A stretch of 64,000 bases of DNA. Source: a virus (Duplodnaviria; Caudoviricetes). The stretch lies in the IMG/VR virus record IMGVR_UViG_2806310659_000001, positions 1 through 64,000 of that record. One strand, given 5' to 3'. The translations under genes were made by a program, and so were the position numbers. Positions 8,902 through 24,950 of this stretch are shown piece after piece. Position 1 is the first letter of the stretch; each line of letters starts with the position of its first letter. A model generated the notes under the pieces. The model worked only from the letters and a program-made list of their open reading frames with translations. It did not search any database and was not told the origin of the DNA.

Positions 8902-10593
8902 CTAATTGCTTGGGGGGCTATACGGGAGACCGAGCTTCTGCCCGATCTCGGCAATGGCCTCGATGGGGGTGCGGCCGTTGAGCATGTCCCAGCGCAAAAG
9001 CAACTGGTCCCATACCTGACTGGTTTGGGTGGCCATGTCTGCCGGCTTGGGAATGGCGGGCGGATTCGACACGGGTACCTCCGGGGTGGGTTTCGGTTGG
9101 GGTGCGTCAGCCACTCCGAGCGCGACAGCGAGTGCATCGGGGCTGTAGCCGTCCGCGGAGTTCATGTCGCAATTGCCGAATGGACTGGCGCCCTCTGGAA
9201 GGCCGCCGCCGTAACCACCGCCATCGGTGTACTGGTGGGCGAACTTGCCCGGGAAGTCCGGGTTCGATCCATACGAGGCGACGATCAGTTGGTCTTCACG
9301 ACGGTTGGACCACATGCTGTTGAGGTCACCGGTGTTGCCGTATGCGACAACTCGCCGGCCATCTCCCAGCCATGACACCAATGCGTCGTCGGTTGCATTC
9401 AGCGCGTCCGAGAAGTCGCCAGGAGGATTGCCGCCGCGTTCGGCGTCGATCATCGAGACCATCTTTGGATGCGGGCCGCCTACGCCCTGGACCACTCGGC
9501 GGTGCGTGTCAACGCAGGTCTGCCAATTGGTGTGCCAGTAGAAGTAGACGAAGAAGCCCTTCAGCTTGCGGAAGACACCCTGGTCGTCAACCCAGCCCTC
9601 ATCGCACGCCTTGACGCACCAGGCGTAGTTCTGTGCGAACTTCTGGTCCCGGTAATCGCCGTCATTCGAGCGAATGGCAATCCACTCGTACTTGTAGGAA
9701 TCGTCGACCGGGACTTGGTGTTCTGACACATCGGCCCAGAGCGTGTCCTGTGGCGCTGCCGGCGCAGGTTCTGGAGCGGGCGGCGGCGCCGGCTGTGGGG
9801 CCGGCGCGACATTGGCGTAGCAGTAGCCCTTGGGCGGGATGAGTGTGGCCACCTGATCGAACGAGCACCAGTAGCCGAACGGAGTGAATCCGGGGTCGGC
9901 AATCCACACTGCGCGCTCGTCAGGGTCGTAGCCCATGCAGGAGACGTAGTGGAATACCGTTCCACCGCCATAACTCGGACTGACCGACCCCTTTACCCCA
10001 CGCGGGTAATTGGAGGGCGGAGCGACGAAATTAAAGACCAATCCGTAGCCGCCGTCGATCGACTGCGTGATGTGCGCCCAAAGCTGGTCCTTGTCGCTCT
10101 GCGTGGGCGGATCATTCGGCATGTAGACCGACTGGTAGTTCGCCTCGGGCAAGTACTGGTTAAGGACCGGGGTGATGTAGGAGATGTCGTTGGTGCCGTC
10201 GACCGTGGTGTGCTCATCGGAGATCAGATCGTTCTCCGACTTGATGACGCCGCGGCCATTCAGGACGACCTGAGTGGATGCCGGCCCACAGTCGTAGTAC
10301 CTCTCCTGGGCGACAATGCTGTGGTCGTATTCGAGCACCCTCTCGCTACCGCCCATGCCGGGGTGATCCGGAACCGGGTTGTCCGACAGGTCGTTGTCGA
10401 GCTGCTCGATGATCGGTTCGCCCCGCTGAAGGAACAGCAGGATCGCATTGAGGACCGAGATGGCCGTGGCGATGATTGCCGCCTTGTCGGGCGGGAGAAC
10501 CTTGACCAGTTCGGCCAGGCCCAATGACGAGATGCTGACAACGGTGCCAGCGATGACTGCCGCCTTATGCCAATAGGGCGTCAGTTTTACCAT
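8902..10593 (-). CDS. lysA: Lysin A: holin-like TM N-terminus, C39-like peptidase, GH25-like muramidase
   Basis: QERYYDCGPAS...FHYVSCMGYD...IADP peptidase; Pro/Ala linker; WADVSEHQ...MIDAE...HQYTD...CDMN muramidase. ATG at 10593 follows GAGGGG. Confidence 0.88.
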   Translation of the reverse strand: MVKLTPYWHKAAVIAGTVVSISSLGLAELVKVLPPDKAAIIATAISVLNAILLFLQRGEPIIEQLDNDLSDNPVPDHPGMGGSERVLEYDHSIVAQERYYDCGPASTQVVLNGRGVIKSENDLISDEHTTVDGTNDISYITPVLNQYLPEANYQSVYMPNDPPTQSDKDQLWAHITQSIDGGYGLVFNFVAPPSNYPRGVKGSVSPSYGGGTVFHYVSCMGYDPDERAVWIADPGFTPFGYWCSFDQVATLIPPKGYCYANVAPAPQPAPPPAPEPAPAAPQDTLWADVSEHQVPVDDSYKYEWIAIRSNDGDYRDQKFAQNYAWCVKACDEGWVDDQGVFRKLKGFFVYFYWHTNWQTCVDTHRRVVQGVGGPHPKMVSMIDAERGGNPPGDFSDALNATDDALVSWLGDGRRVVAYGNTGDLNSMWSNRREDQLIVASYGSNPDFPGKFAHQYTDGGGYGGGLPEGASPFGNCDMNSADGYSPDALAVALGVADAPQPKPTPEVPVSNPPAIPKPADMATQTSQVWDQLLLRWDMLNGRTPIEAIAEIGQKLGLPYSPPSN

Positions 10594-10609
10594 TAAGTTG
10601 TTTCCCCTC

Positions 10610-11560
10610 TTAGTGAGTGCCAACCAGCACGCCATCCTGGGCACGCCAATAGCTGAATCCGGGTCCGGTGAATGGGTTATTGGGAATGAAGTTGAATCCC
10701 GTGTACCGGTACCCAAGGCCGTGTTGAACGGCGATGCCGGATGCGGACATGACCGGCGTAGTGAAGTCGCCGTTGCGATAGACCAGCACCGTGTCCGTGA
10801 GCGAGTTGTAGACCACCGTCACGTTCTCGTTGGTGGTGGTGTTCCGGGTCACCGTCTGCACATTGGTGTAGGCGGTGGGGCCGGTGCCCTTGACGATGTG
10901 CCATCTGTTGTTGCCGGCGGTTGGGCTCATCTCAAAAGTGACACCGATGTAGGAAGTCATTCCCGAGTCGGAGCACAAAACGATGCCGTTCTGCTCGGCC
11001 GCGTTAGGCGTTCCGGACGAACCGAAGACCTTGCAACTGATTGTTACGTCGTCACCATTGAGCGGTGCGTAGAACAATGTCGCTGCCGGGTTTGGTAGCG
11101 CCACCAGGGACTTGTTATTCAAATCGCCGGCGTTCGGCAGGAGCTTGAGTGTGCCATTGATCCGAATCCAGCGCGGTCCGACATCCGTGCGTTGGAAGTC
11201 GTCCTGGAATAGCAGTGCCGTGTCGGAGATATCCGTGGGCGGCGCATCCGGGAATCGCGGCTCCTTGCGGATCGCGGTCCCATAGGACAGCGCTATCGGG
11301 TCGTAGCCGGCGAACTTGACGGTGAACTCGAATGCCGCGCCATGCGGGATATCATCAACGTTCGCCGCTGGCTCATTGAAGACGAAATCCTTGCCGTCCG
11401 GAACGGCGGTGAGTGTGGCGATGACCAACCCGACCGAGTCATAGAAGGTGAGCTTCGCTTGGGCGCCGGCCGGCCAATCGGTGTCGTCGTGAAATGTTGC
11501 CTGGAAACCCATGCCCTTTGTCAGAACAAGGGTGTCCATCTTCGGGTTGATCCCGATCAA
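10610..11560 (-). CDS. Minor tail protein
   Basis: Position at end of tail module; DTLVLTKG...F N-terminus and beta-rich C-terminal domain (FQDDFQR). Confidence 0.7.
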   Translation of the reverse strand: MIGINPKMDTLVLTKGMGFQATFHDDTDWPAGAQAKLTFYDSVGLVIATLTAVPDGKDFVFNEPAANVDDIPHGAAFEFTVKFAGYDPIALSYGTAIRKEPRFPDAPPTDISDTALLFQDDFQRTDVGPRWIRINGTLKLLPNAGDLNNKSLVALPNPAATLFYAPLNGDDVTISCKVFGSSGTPNAAEQNGIVLCSDSGMTSYIGVTFEMSPTAGNNRWHIVKGTGPTAYTNVQTVTRNTTTNENVTVVYNSLTDTVLVYRNGDFTTPVMSASGIAVQHGLGYRYTGFNFIPNNPFTGPGFSYWRAQDGVLVGTH

Positions 11561-11572
11561 GATGGCCTCCTC

Positions 11573-12010
11573 TTAGGCGACGACGACAGTGCCGAAGCCG
11601 GCCGCATCCCAGGAGACGGTGAACGTGCCGGCCGAGACGGCGATGTCAGCACCGAAATCGACGTAGCCGATCAGCGGGCGCGCGGAATCGCCGGAAGGGG
11701 TGGTGTCATAGATGACCGCATACCGGGCGGTGAATGTCGCACTCGTCCACTGCGCGTCGTCACCGTCAATGGTGATGGTGTTGGTCGTCGCGTTGTATGT
11801 GATCTGAATCGATGTCATGCTCACGCCACCGGCGGTATATCCGGTACCGGTGATCTCATTGGTGACATCCGACTTGTAGCGGTGCGTGTCCTGGTTAGGC
11901 GAGTAGGCCGAGGTGCACAACATGACCTTGATCGTGTCGGCGTCGAGGTCGACTTCCTTGTTGAGCACGCTCAGGAAGAACGACGAATAGAATTTAGCTG
12001 TTACAGCCAC
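11573..12010 (-). CDS. Virion structural/minor tail protein
   Basis: VDLDADTIKVML...NEITGTGYTAGG family. Confidence 0.7.
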   Translation of the reverse strand: MAVTAKFYSSFFLSVLNKEVDLDADTIKVMLCTSAYSPNQDTHRYKSDVTNEITGTGYTAGGVSMTSIQITYNATTNTITIDGDDAQWTSATFTARYAVIYDTTPSGDSARPLIGYVDFGADIAVSAGTFTVSWDAAGFGTVVVA

Positions 12011-12042
12011 GGATGACTTCCTGTATTAAGTTGTTGAATGCT

Positions 12043-12474
12043 CTAGGCGAGCGTGAAGACTGGGCTGGGCGAGCCGTCGCTGTCGATCTGGAGGATGTTG
12101 CCCGACAATGCCGTTACATCGGCGGGCGTGGAATCCAGGAGACAGAAGAACGCGATATCGCCGCCCACCTTGTAGATCGCGGCGTATCGGGCCACAATGC
12201 TGCCACCGCTGGCAACCCACGAGGGGTTGGTGGTGAAGGATGCTGTCACACTGGTGGTGCCAGACATCGTGAATGCCACCGCCTGCCCACCGGTGGTGTA
12301 GCCGTTGGCGTTCGCGACCTCGTTGGTGACGCCGGCGTAGGTCGTGCTAGACACGCCCAGGTTGCTCGCAGAAGTGAACAGGGCGACTTTCCATGAGCCG
12401 TTTTGCCAGTCGAACGTTCCATTCAGGATTTTCGTTCGCGTGCTATTTGTGGGCGTCCAAGCGCCTGCTGCCAT
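12043..12474 (-). CDS. Virion structural/minor tail protein (paralog of the 11573-12010 protein)
   Basis: KVALFTS...NEVANANGYTTGG...ARYAAIY. Confidence 0.7.
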   Translation of the reverse strand: MAAGAWTPTNSTRTKILNGTFDWQNGSWKVALFTSASNLGVSSTTYAGVTNEVANANGYTTGGQAVAFTMSGTTSVTASFTTNPSWVASGGSIVARYAAIYKVGGDIAFFCLLDSTPADVTALSGNILQIDSDGSPSPVFTLA

Positions 12475-12492
12475 ATTTAGTTATGCCTTTGC

Positions 12493-13557
12493 TTATGAAC
12501 CACTAAGGACCATGCCTATACCGCCGTACCATTGAATGCCTGCACCGCTAGCCGAGAAGGTGGTCGATGCGCTCGACTCCCTAACCGCTAGCGCGGTATT
12601 GGCGGTGTTGATGTTGGAACGTCCCGTTCCGCCCGAAACCGAAGTGAACGCACCACCAGAGCCCGTGGCCGTTCCGAGTAGGGCATCTAGGAGAAGTTGG
12701 CCGGCCTGTGTTGTGGATAGGGACTGCGAGACAGTTGAACCAGATCCGGTGATGACGGTCGGCGTGGAAACTGCCGTCACGCCCTTATAGGTGATCACCA
12801 CGGCACTGATGTTGGCCGCAAATCCACCACTTAAACTTAGGTTTACGGTCTGGGCGCCGCCCGGGATACCGCTGAGACGATAGGCCCGAATTTGACCCAC
12901 ACCCCAGCCAGTCTGACCGCCGGCCAGTTGGCCGGTAGCGATCTGGGTCATGGCCGTACCGCCATAGGTGGGGGCCCCGACCGTGATCGACTCGTCAGTG
13001 ATGATAAATACGAAAGCGTCAGCGCCGGCGGTGCCAGTATGGTTGGCGGTGGTAGATGTAAAATTGGTAACCGCATCGAAGACGGGTGGGTTAACCGTCG
13101 TCAGGGTGACAACCGGTGTACCGCCGGTTAGATGCAGAGTCGCACCCGAAGGCGCCACATTGATGTAGGCCGTATTGGTGACGACTGGTACGCCCCCGAT
13201 CAGCGCGAGCGTGCTGCCGAACGGCTGAATGAACCGGCCCGCGATGATGGTCGGGGCCTTCATTCCCGCCGAGGAGCCCGGAACAGTGGCCGGCTCTTTG
13301 GTGATCAGCCTCGGCGTTGGAATGGCCAGGTTTGCCGCAAGTTGCTGTGCATTAAGCAGGGTGCGGGTCGTCACGGTCGGTGCCGGCATAGCGGCCGATG
13401 CTCCGGTCACCAAAGGTTGAACCGCATCATTGTTCAATACCGGCCCGAGCAGGGTTGCACTTGCCGATAACTGCGGAACAATCGCACCAACCGCGTTAGG
13501 GCGAACCCATTCCCACTCCCCCGAAGGGAAGTATCGGGGGGAAATCCATCGGCCCAC
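12493..13557 (-). CDS. Minor tail protein
   Basis: Thr/Gly/Ala-rich beta-type sequence in the tail module. Confidence 0.7.
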   Translation of the reverse strand: MGRWISPRYFPSGEWEWVRPNAVGAIVPQLSASATLLGPVLNNDAVQPLVTGASAAMPAPTVTTRTLLNAQQLAANLAIPTPRLITKEPATVPGSSAGMKAPTIIAGRFIQPFGSTLALIGGVPVVTNTAYINVAPSGATLHLTGGTPVVTLTTVNPPVFDAVTNFTSTTANHTGTAGADAFVFIITDESITVGAPTYGGTAMTQIATGQLAGGQTGWGVGQIRAYRLSGIPGGAQTVNLSLSGGFAANISAVVITYKGVTAVSTPTVITGSGSTVSQSLSTTQAGQLLLDALLGTATGSGGAFTSVSGGTGRSNINTANTALAVRESSASTTFSASGAGIQWYGGIGMVLSGS

Positions 13558-13562
13558 TACTT

Positions 13563-15137
13563 CTAACCAACTTTCGTAAATGTCATCCAGGCCACTTGGC
13601 CGAGCGGATCGCCGGTCAGGTTCACGTTGTTGCTGCTCGCAATCGCGATACTTGGCTGCACCACGTCGCCGGCCTTGAGGGCGAGGGCGAAGTCACCGAC
13701 GACGTTGGCCACATTTGTCGGGGAGCCGAACGCGGGAGAGCCCTCGATCACATACAGTCCGCCTAGTAGTTCCGTCCCGTTGTCGACGTAGACCGAGGAA
13801 TACAGGGCAGTGTTAGACGGCGGCGGTGTGCCGAGGAACAGGCTGAACTTCAACATATACATGCCGTCTTTGCTGACGGTGATCTTCGACGTGTGGGTAT
13901 CCCAGGTCAGGTCATCCGTGCAATAGACAACCGTGTCGAAGTAGTCGCCAGGCACCGGATGGTTACCCACCAGTGCCGTTACGGTTCCGGCGCCGAGGCG
14001 CTTAACCTCCATGCCACTACCCACAACACCCGGGGGCGCAAGGTCACGCATAGCCCAGCGGTCGATGAAGGCTGGCGTTGCCTCGCTACTGAATGGACCG
14101 GCGTCGGAGAACATGTCCATACCGCCCTTGCGGTAGCCGGCCCCCTTCTTGGCCTGTGCGGCAGTATCCGTGTAGCCGGCGATCGGCACGCGGTTAAGGA
14201 ACACCTCAATCGCGTTGGCGTCTGTCTCGGTGCCGCATTGCAGCTCTAGCAGTGATCCGACCGGCGGATTACCCGGCAGGGGGAAAGTGTCCCAGACATG
14301 CTTGGTGCCATTGACGACACAACCGATCTCGACCTGGTAGGTATAGAGGCGCGCGTAGATGTAAGAGCTGCCGTTGTCACCCACCCGGCCGCGCAACTGG
14401 TTGCCAGCGACAGTGGCGGGAGTGAAACTGGTGTACTCGATCGTCGTATTCAGAATCATCGAGACGATCTGAAGATCAGACTTCGTCTCGTCAGCCCTAT
14501 ATCCGCCGTAAGTGCGGGCCACACTTCCCGAGTCCTGCCAAACGACCAGGCCGTTACTTATGTATGAGGTACCGTCGCCGGCCGTCGTCCAACCAGCCCC
14601 CCATCCAGCGGCAGTGTTTGTGAGGAACTCGTCGGCGTGGTTAGCCCCCCCGGGGGGGAGTTGCTCGAATCGCATCGACTCGATCGAGGATTGCAGGTCG
14701 ACAACCGTGTTCTTCAGGTCGGTGACCTGGCGGGCCGTGTCGGACCAGTTCACCCCAACGGCGCTCTGACCGGAGATGGAGTTGTAGAGGCCGTCTTGGA
14801 TCTGGCCGAAGCCGTGGAAGATGCCAGCGATGAAGTCGGCAATCGCACCAATTACCTCGACGATGCCGTTCGCGATAGCGCCAATCACGCCGGTAAATCC
14901 GGCGAAGAGGGCGTTGATGAGGTCGGCCAGGCCCTGGGTGACCGCGTTGACAAGGCTGACGAGACCGCCGAAAAGGCCGGCGGCACTGGTCACACCGGGG
15001 TCGTTAGATACCTGCGTGCCATAGCTGCTGGTGACATTTTCCTGCGTCTTGTCGGGCAGGTTTGAGATGCCGGTATTTGTGCTGCCGTCCTTGGCGAAGT
15101 TGGGATCGAGCCCCGCTTCCCCGCTTGGCATAGTCAT
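13563..15137 (-). CDS. Minor tail protein (possible receptor-binding)
   Basis: Amphipathic helical N-terminus followed by beta-sandwich-like domains. Confidence 0.75.
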   Translation of the reverse strand: MTMPSGEAGLDPNFAKDGSTNTGISNLPDKTQENVTSSYGTQVSNDPGVTSAAGLFGGLVSLVNAVTQGLADLINALFAGFTGVIGAIANGIVEVIGAIADFIAGIFHGFGQIQDGLYNSISGQSAVGVNWSDTARQVTDLKNTVVDLQSSIESMRFEQLPPGGANHADEFLTNTAAGWGAGWTTAGDGTSYISNGLVVWQDSGSVARTYGGYRADETKSDLQIVSMILNTTIEYTSFTPATVAGNQLRGRVGDNGSSYIYARLYTYQVEIGCVVNGTKHVWDTFPLPGNPPVGSLLELQCGTETDANAIEVFLNRVPIAGYTDTAAQAKKGAGYRKGGMDMFSDAGPFSSEATPAFIDRWAMRDLAPPGVVGSGMEVKRLGAGTVTALVGNHPVPGDYFDTVVYCTDDLTWDTHTSKITVSKDGMYMLKFSLFLGTPPPSNTALYSSVYVDNGTELLGGLYVIEGSPAFGSPTNVANVVGDFALALKAGDVVQPSIAIASSNNVNLTGDPLGQVAWMTFTKVG

Positions 15138-15598
15138 TCGGTCGGAAACACCTCCATGTGGCGGCTGTGGTTCTTGGCCTGCTCTTGCGCCTCCTGGAGG
15201 CGGGCAAATGCCTCTTGCAGGGCCTCGGTTTGTTCCTTCACCGCCTGGCGGTGGTTTTCCGGAGTGACCTGGGTGAGCTTCTTGGCGATCTCGGGGAACT
15301 CCTCAACGAGGATTTGCTCCATGACCGGTTTGGCGTCGACCAAGTCCCAGGTCTGGAAGTTGCTATAGGGACCGGTCCCCGGTTTAACCCACTTGGTCTG
15401 CAATTCCTCGTGATGCCGGAATCCCAGATCCCAAAGCATCTGCGAGAACGCGGCGAAACAATTCGGGTTGATCATCGGCTGGTTCGGGAACTTCCCCGGG
15501 AGGGTCTTGCCCCTCGGGTCAGGAACCCCCGCGGCGAAAGCCCATGCCGCGAACTGCTCCGGATTCTCCATGTCGCATTGGTCTTGAGTAAGAATGAT
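15134..15598 (-). CDS. Minor tail protein (DUF2744-like)
   Basis: PEQFAAWA...SQMLWDLGFRHHEELQTKW. Start uncertain: ATC/ATT at 15598/15595 or ATG at 15571. Confidence 0.7.
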   Translation of the reverse strand: MILTQDQCDMENPEQFAAWAFAAGVPDPRGKTLPGKFPNQPMINPNCFAAFSQMLWDLGFRHHEELQTKWVKPGTGPYSNFQTWDLVDAKPVMEQILVEEFPEIAKKLTQVTPENHRQAVKEQTEALQEAFARLQEAQEQAKNHSRHMEVFPTE

Positions 15599-15607
15599 TT
15601 CCCCTTG

Positions 15608-15657
15608 TGAAAAGAAAACCGACCCTTGATGGCCGAAGCCAACAGCGGGGCCGGTGT
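15608..15657 (-). terminator. Intrinsic terminator-like hairpin inside the tail operon
   Basis: Minus strand ACCGGCCCC...GGC-TTCG-GCC...GGGTCGG followed by TTTTCTTTT. Confidence 0.55.
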
Positions 15658-15663
15658 TCATGA

Positions 15664-17385
15664 CTAACCTGCGATGAGGCTCACGCCAAGGTTGCTCATC
15701 GCCTCTTTGAACTTCTTCGCCAGGCGTGCCAGTCGCTCGCCCATTGAAAGGTTGCGGTGTGACTTGCCGGCGCGGATCTCCCAGCTATACGGGACGATGT
15801 CGCCCGAGTTGTCCCAAGCCGCGGTCATTTCCTCGACCTGGTTGACAAAGATGATCTGCTCAATGCCTGGTGAGTCGACCGTAGATCCAATACGGTTGCC
15901 GACATCGAAGTGCACGCCGGGGATCGCCCAAAAGTCGTGCAAGGCCATGAGGTGATCGGTCTCTGATTTGCCGACCAGGAACCCACCGCGCAATGCGGCG
16001 AGTGCGGAGAAGGACCAGGCGTTGTTTTCGGCGCCCTGCTGGTACAGCTCCAGGTAGTGAATCCACCCGAGCTGTTGCGCGCGGCCAGTGTTCTTCCATT
16101 CCAGCCAGGCCAAGATGGTTCCGACCAGGAATGGCATGATGGCATCGGCCGCGATCTCACCGGCCGAGGAGAATCCCAGCAGGAAGATGTAACCGAGCAG
16201 GTTGCCGATCACTTCTATGGTCAATCGGGCAATCGCATCCACGAAGGGGTTATCACCGCCCACGATGACCGAGACGTTCTTGCTTGGCCCCCACGACATG
16301 TCGGCGGACTCGATCGGAGTCCACTCGTTATCTCGTATGACGAGCCAGGGGTGCGCGGGGACGGTGCCCAGCCAGCCGTTCGAGTAGTACTCGTCAGGCT
16401 GGAATGCCTCGCTATCGAGCGTGGTGTTGAGCGTGTCCTCGACGAAGCCCTGAAGGTAGATGACGATGCTTCGGAAGAAGCCCTCGAAGACGTTGCCGGC
16501 CTGTGCTGTGCCCTCTTCGCCGTAGGCGTTGGACATGTCGACTACCTCGAAGACGAGGCAACCGTTCTGCACATTGGGGACGCCGGGCACTTCACCGATT
16601 TCGCCGTCACACGTGAGGATGCGGCGGTAGGTGATGGACAACTGCGCGTCGTCCAGAGCGTCGGCCATAACCGAGTCGACCGGGTTCATGCGCGATGCCA
16701 TGAACGTCCACAGCGAACCGTCCTCGAAGAAGGACGGCGATCGGATCAGACACTGCCAATTCGACCAGTCGAAAATCTGGAACCATTGACTCAAGTCGAA
16801 TGGGTCATCTGGTACCTGCCAAAGGTTCCCCTCTTTCCTGATTAGGTTGAGGAGAATAAGAGTGGAGATACACCATTTCGCCGGGCCGGCCAGGAGAAAT
16901 ACCCTGGGGAACTGGAAGATTGGAATGGGCAGCAATGGGTTCGGCGGGCAGAGCAGGTATTGCAGGAAGGTGAGATCGTCGTGGAACGTCATCTCGAAGT
17001 AGCGGACCCCATCGCGATTGCGGATGTTCCACTTGTCGAGAAGTCCCGACCAACGTTTCTTGCCGCCGTAGAAGTCGACCGTGATAAGGACGTTCTTCTT
17101 CCAGGCGTCGTCATTGGGTAGCGCCTTCAAGAACATCGCAATGTAGTGGTCATCGCGAATCTGCAATACGCCCTCGGTGGGGGTGTTGTTCTTGAAGGGG
17201 AATGAGCCCTTGATGGTGTCGGTGTAGTCAATCCGGCCAATGCAGACCGCGCCGGCGGGGATGTTGTGGTCGTCCCCGCGGCCGTCGTTGATCCACATTC
17301 GGATCAGTGGGAAGGATTTGCGCAGCGATTCGTATCGAGCGCGGGTCTCGCCGCAGATGCGCTCGATGTCGTCGAGCTTCATCAT
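15664..17385 (-). CDS. Minor tail (baseplate hub-type) protein
   Basis: RWSGLL, PPNPLLP...QFPRVF...AGPAKW motifs typical of the mycobacteriophage gene after Dit. Confidence 0.85.
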   Translation of the reverse strand: MMKLDDIERICGETRARYESLRKSFPLIRMWINDGRGDDHNIPAGAVCIGRIDYTDTIKGSFPFKNNTPTEGVLQIRDDHYIAMFLKALPNDDAWKKNVLITVDFYGGKKRWSGLLDKWNIRNRDGVRYFEMTFHDDLTFLQYLLCPPNPLLPIPIFQFPRVFLLAGPAKWCISTLILLNLIRKEGNLWQVPDDPFDLSQWFQIFDWSNWQCLIRSPSFFEDGSLWTFMASRMNPVDSVMADALDDAQLSITYRRILTCDGEIGEVPGVPNVQNGCLVFEVVDMSNAYGEEGTAQAGNVFEGFFRSIVIYLQGFVEDTLNTTLDSEAFQPDEYYSNGWLGTVPAHPWLVIRDNEWTPIESADMSWGPSKNVSVIVGGDNPFVDAIARLTIEVIGNLLGYIFLLGFSSAGEIAADAIMPFLVGTILAWLEWKNTGRAQQLGWIHYLELYQQGAENNAWSFSALAALRGGFLVGKSETDHLMALHDFWAIPGVHFDVGNRIGSTVDSPGIEQIIFVNQVEEMTAAWDNSGDIVPYSWEIRAGKSHRNLSMGERLARLAKKFKEAMSNLGVSLIAG

Positions 17386-18272
17386 GACGGCACTCGCACC
17401 ACGTGCGGACGCGACCAAGGCCGGCTAAACCACTTCGGAACGGTAAGGCGTGCCGCGGCGCCGAATGGCGCATTGGAGACGGTCACCGGAATGTTGCCCG
17501 ACTTGCCGGGCATCAGCGGGTAAAGAAGGTCTTGACCCTTCCACCGGTGCTGGACCGGGTTGTCATTGGCCGCGACGATCGTCTGGACTCGCGGGTCGGA
17601 GTCGACGACGACGTTCTCGCCCTCCACCAATTCGGGGAGGTAAACGGTACGGCCCAGGTCGGTCTGCCCGCGGGAGTACATGTCGTTGCCCCACGAGAAG
17701 TCGGGCAGCTTCCACAAGGCCTGGTCGGTGAGCGTCCACCTCAGCCAAACGGGAATGTCACCGTTGTTCTGGACGAAAGGCTTCCAGGTGAAATCAGTGT
17801 TGACCGTGGTGAGGTCGAACTGGTCTGGCTTCTCGACCCAGTACGGGAACTCCGCGGCGGTAGTCATCACCACCGGGTTGTCCGCGGTGATGTGCGGGTC
17901 CTTGTCGTAGTAAGGCTTGGGTGCCTCTAGGAGGCGAAGGCCGATCGATCGTGTGCCATCGGAGGTGGTGACAGAGAGGGTTGCTTCCTCGTCGTAGTCC
18001 CATGCCCATCGCCACTGGGAGTCGATCGTCGCCCACGTGTCCGGGTCGTCGTCGTAGATCTGGACGGCGAAAACCATCTCGCGGCGCTGTACGCGCTTGC
18101 CGGCGTACTGCTGGCCGAAAGGTCCGGGAACCCAGAGGGTCTTAACCGGGGCGTCGATGAAGTTTTGGATGTTGGGCGAAATGGTGATGCCCTGTTGGCC
18201 TGCGCCCGGGCCGGCCAGGCACCAATAGGACCCGTCACGGCCGGTAAGCTCGATTTTGACGTAATCCGTCAA
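17382..18272 (-). CDS. Distal tail (Dit-like) minor tail protein
   Basis: Immediately after the tape measure; IELTGRDGSYWCL...WKLPDFSWG...WFSRPW. Confidence 0.85.
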   Translation of the reverse strand: MTDYVKIELTGRDGSYWCLAGPGAGQQGITISPNIQNFIDAPVKTLWVPGPFGQQYAGKRVQRREMVFAVQIYDDDPDTWATIDSQWRWAWDYDEEATLSVTTSDGTRSIGLRLLEAPKPYYDKDPHITADNPVVMTTAAEFPYWVEKPDQFDLTTVNTDFTWKPFVQNNGDIPVWLRWTLTDQALWKLPDFSWGNDMYSRGQTDLGRTVYLPELVEGENVVVDSDPRVQTIVAANDNPVQHRWKGQDLLYPLMPGKSGNIPVTVSNAPFGAAARLTVPKWFSRPWSRPHVVRVPS

Positions 18273-18374
18273 TGTTCAGTTGTCCTGTATTGAGTTATGC
18301 CTGAAATGCCGCGCACAGCCCCCGAAACGGTGCGGAATTGCACCGAATCGAGGTCTGTGCCTGAGATTTCCTAC

Positions 18375-24122
<5,748 letters not shown>

Positions 24123-24158
24123 CTATTCAATTATGTTGTGTGCCAATCTATTTCGGCA

Positions 24159-24626
24159 CTAAAGTCCTCGACGTTCAGCATTCCTACGCCGTGATGCTTC
24201 GATCGCGTCATCCCGTTTCGATTCGGATTGCTGCTTGCGCATCACAACGGCGGGAATCTTCGGCCGCGGGTAGAACCGGACCTTCTTGGCATCGTGGGCA
24301 CGGCTGGCGATCAACTGGTCGCCCAAGTCGGTGAGCCTGTCAATGAGGTCGCTCCAACCGAACAGGGGCGGTGGTCCGGGCTTGGCCCACTCAGATTCGG
24401 GGATCTTGAGCATCAGCTTGATCGCTTCGGGGTCCTCCATGTAGGAGGCCCAGATGTAAGATCCCTTGACCTTGAGGAAGGTCTGATAGAACCGGATGAG
24501 TTGATCCCAGTTGCGGCCGGGAATGTCGAGGAAGTAGTCGAGTGCGTTGATCCCCTTGTCGGCGAGGTCCCACTCGATTGCGTCCCAGAACCTGTTAACC
24601 AGGCTCCGGACGTAGGCTATTTTCCC
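24159..24626 (-). CDS. Tail assembly chaperone, frameshift extension (GT part)
   Basis: Open -1 frame downstream of the slippery site; continues into the 24159-24440 ORF. Confidence 0.75.
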   Translation of the reverse strand, partial: GKIAYVRSLVNRFWDAIEWDLADKGINALDYFLDIPGRNWDQLIRFYQTFLKVKGSYIWASYMEDPEAIKLMLKIPESEWAKPGPPPLFGWSDLIDRLTDLGDQLIASRAHDAKKVRFYPRPKIPAVVMRKQQSESKRDDAIEASRRRNAERRGL

Positions 24627-24928
24627 GAGTCGGGGTCGCCAAAGAAGTGTGCGTTGTAGCGCTCCATGAACTTGTTCCAGACGAACAGCGATGTGTTGTC
24701 GAACAGTTCCATCGCGGCGTCGTAGTGCTCGCCGAAGATCACGCGCTGGGCTTCCTCTTCGGTGATGCCGGTCCGCTGGAGTTCGCTAACCTGCTTCTTG
24801 GTGGGGCAGTCCAAGACGATATCCGCGGTCACACGCAGCGGCTCGGGCACCCTCACGGTTGCAATGAGTTCTGAGAACAAGTCCTCGAACTCGGCCTTAT
24901 CTGCCGATTGTGATTTCCGGGTGGTAAT
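24617..24928 (-). CDS. Tail assembly chaperone (G part)
   Basis: Between major tail and tape measure; ends ...DSGK*. Probable ATT start after GGGAGA. Confidence 0.8.
   Translation of the reverse strand: MTTRKSQSADKAEFEDLFSELIATVRVPEPLRVTADIVLDCPTKKQVSELQRTGITEEEAQRVIFGEHYDAAMELFDNTSLFVWNKFMERYNAHFFGDPDSGK
24620..24626 (-). promoter_or_regulatory. Programmed -1 frameshift slippery sequence GGGAAAA
   Basis: TCGGGAAAATAG at the 3' end of the chaperone gene. Confidence 0.85.
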
Positions 24929-24950
24929 CGTTTTCTCCCAATAGGTAGGT

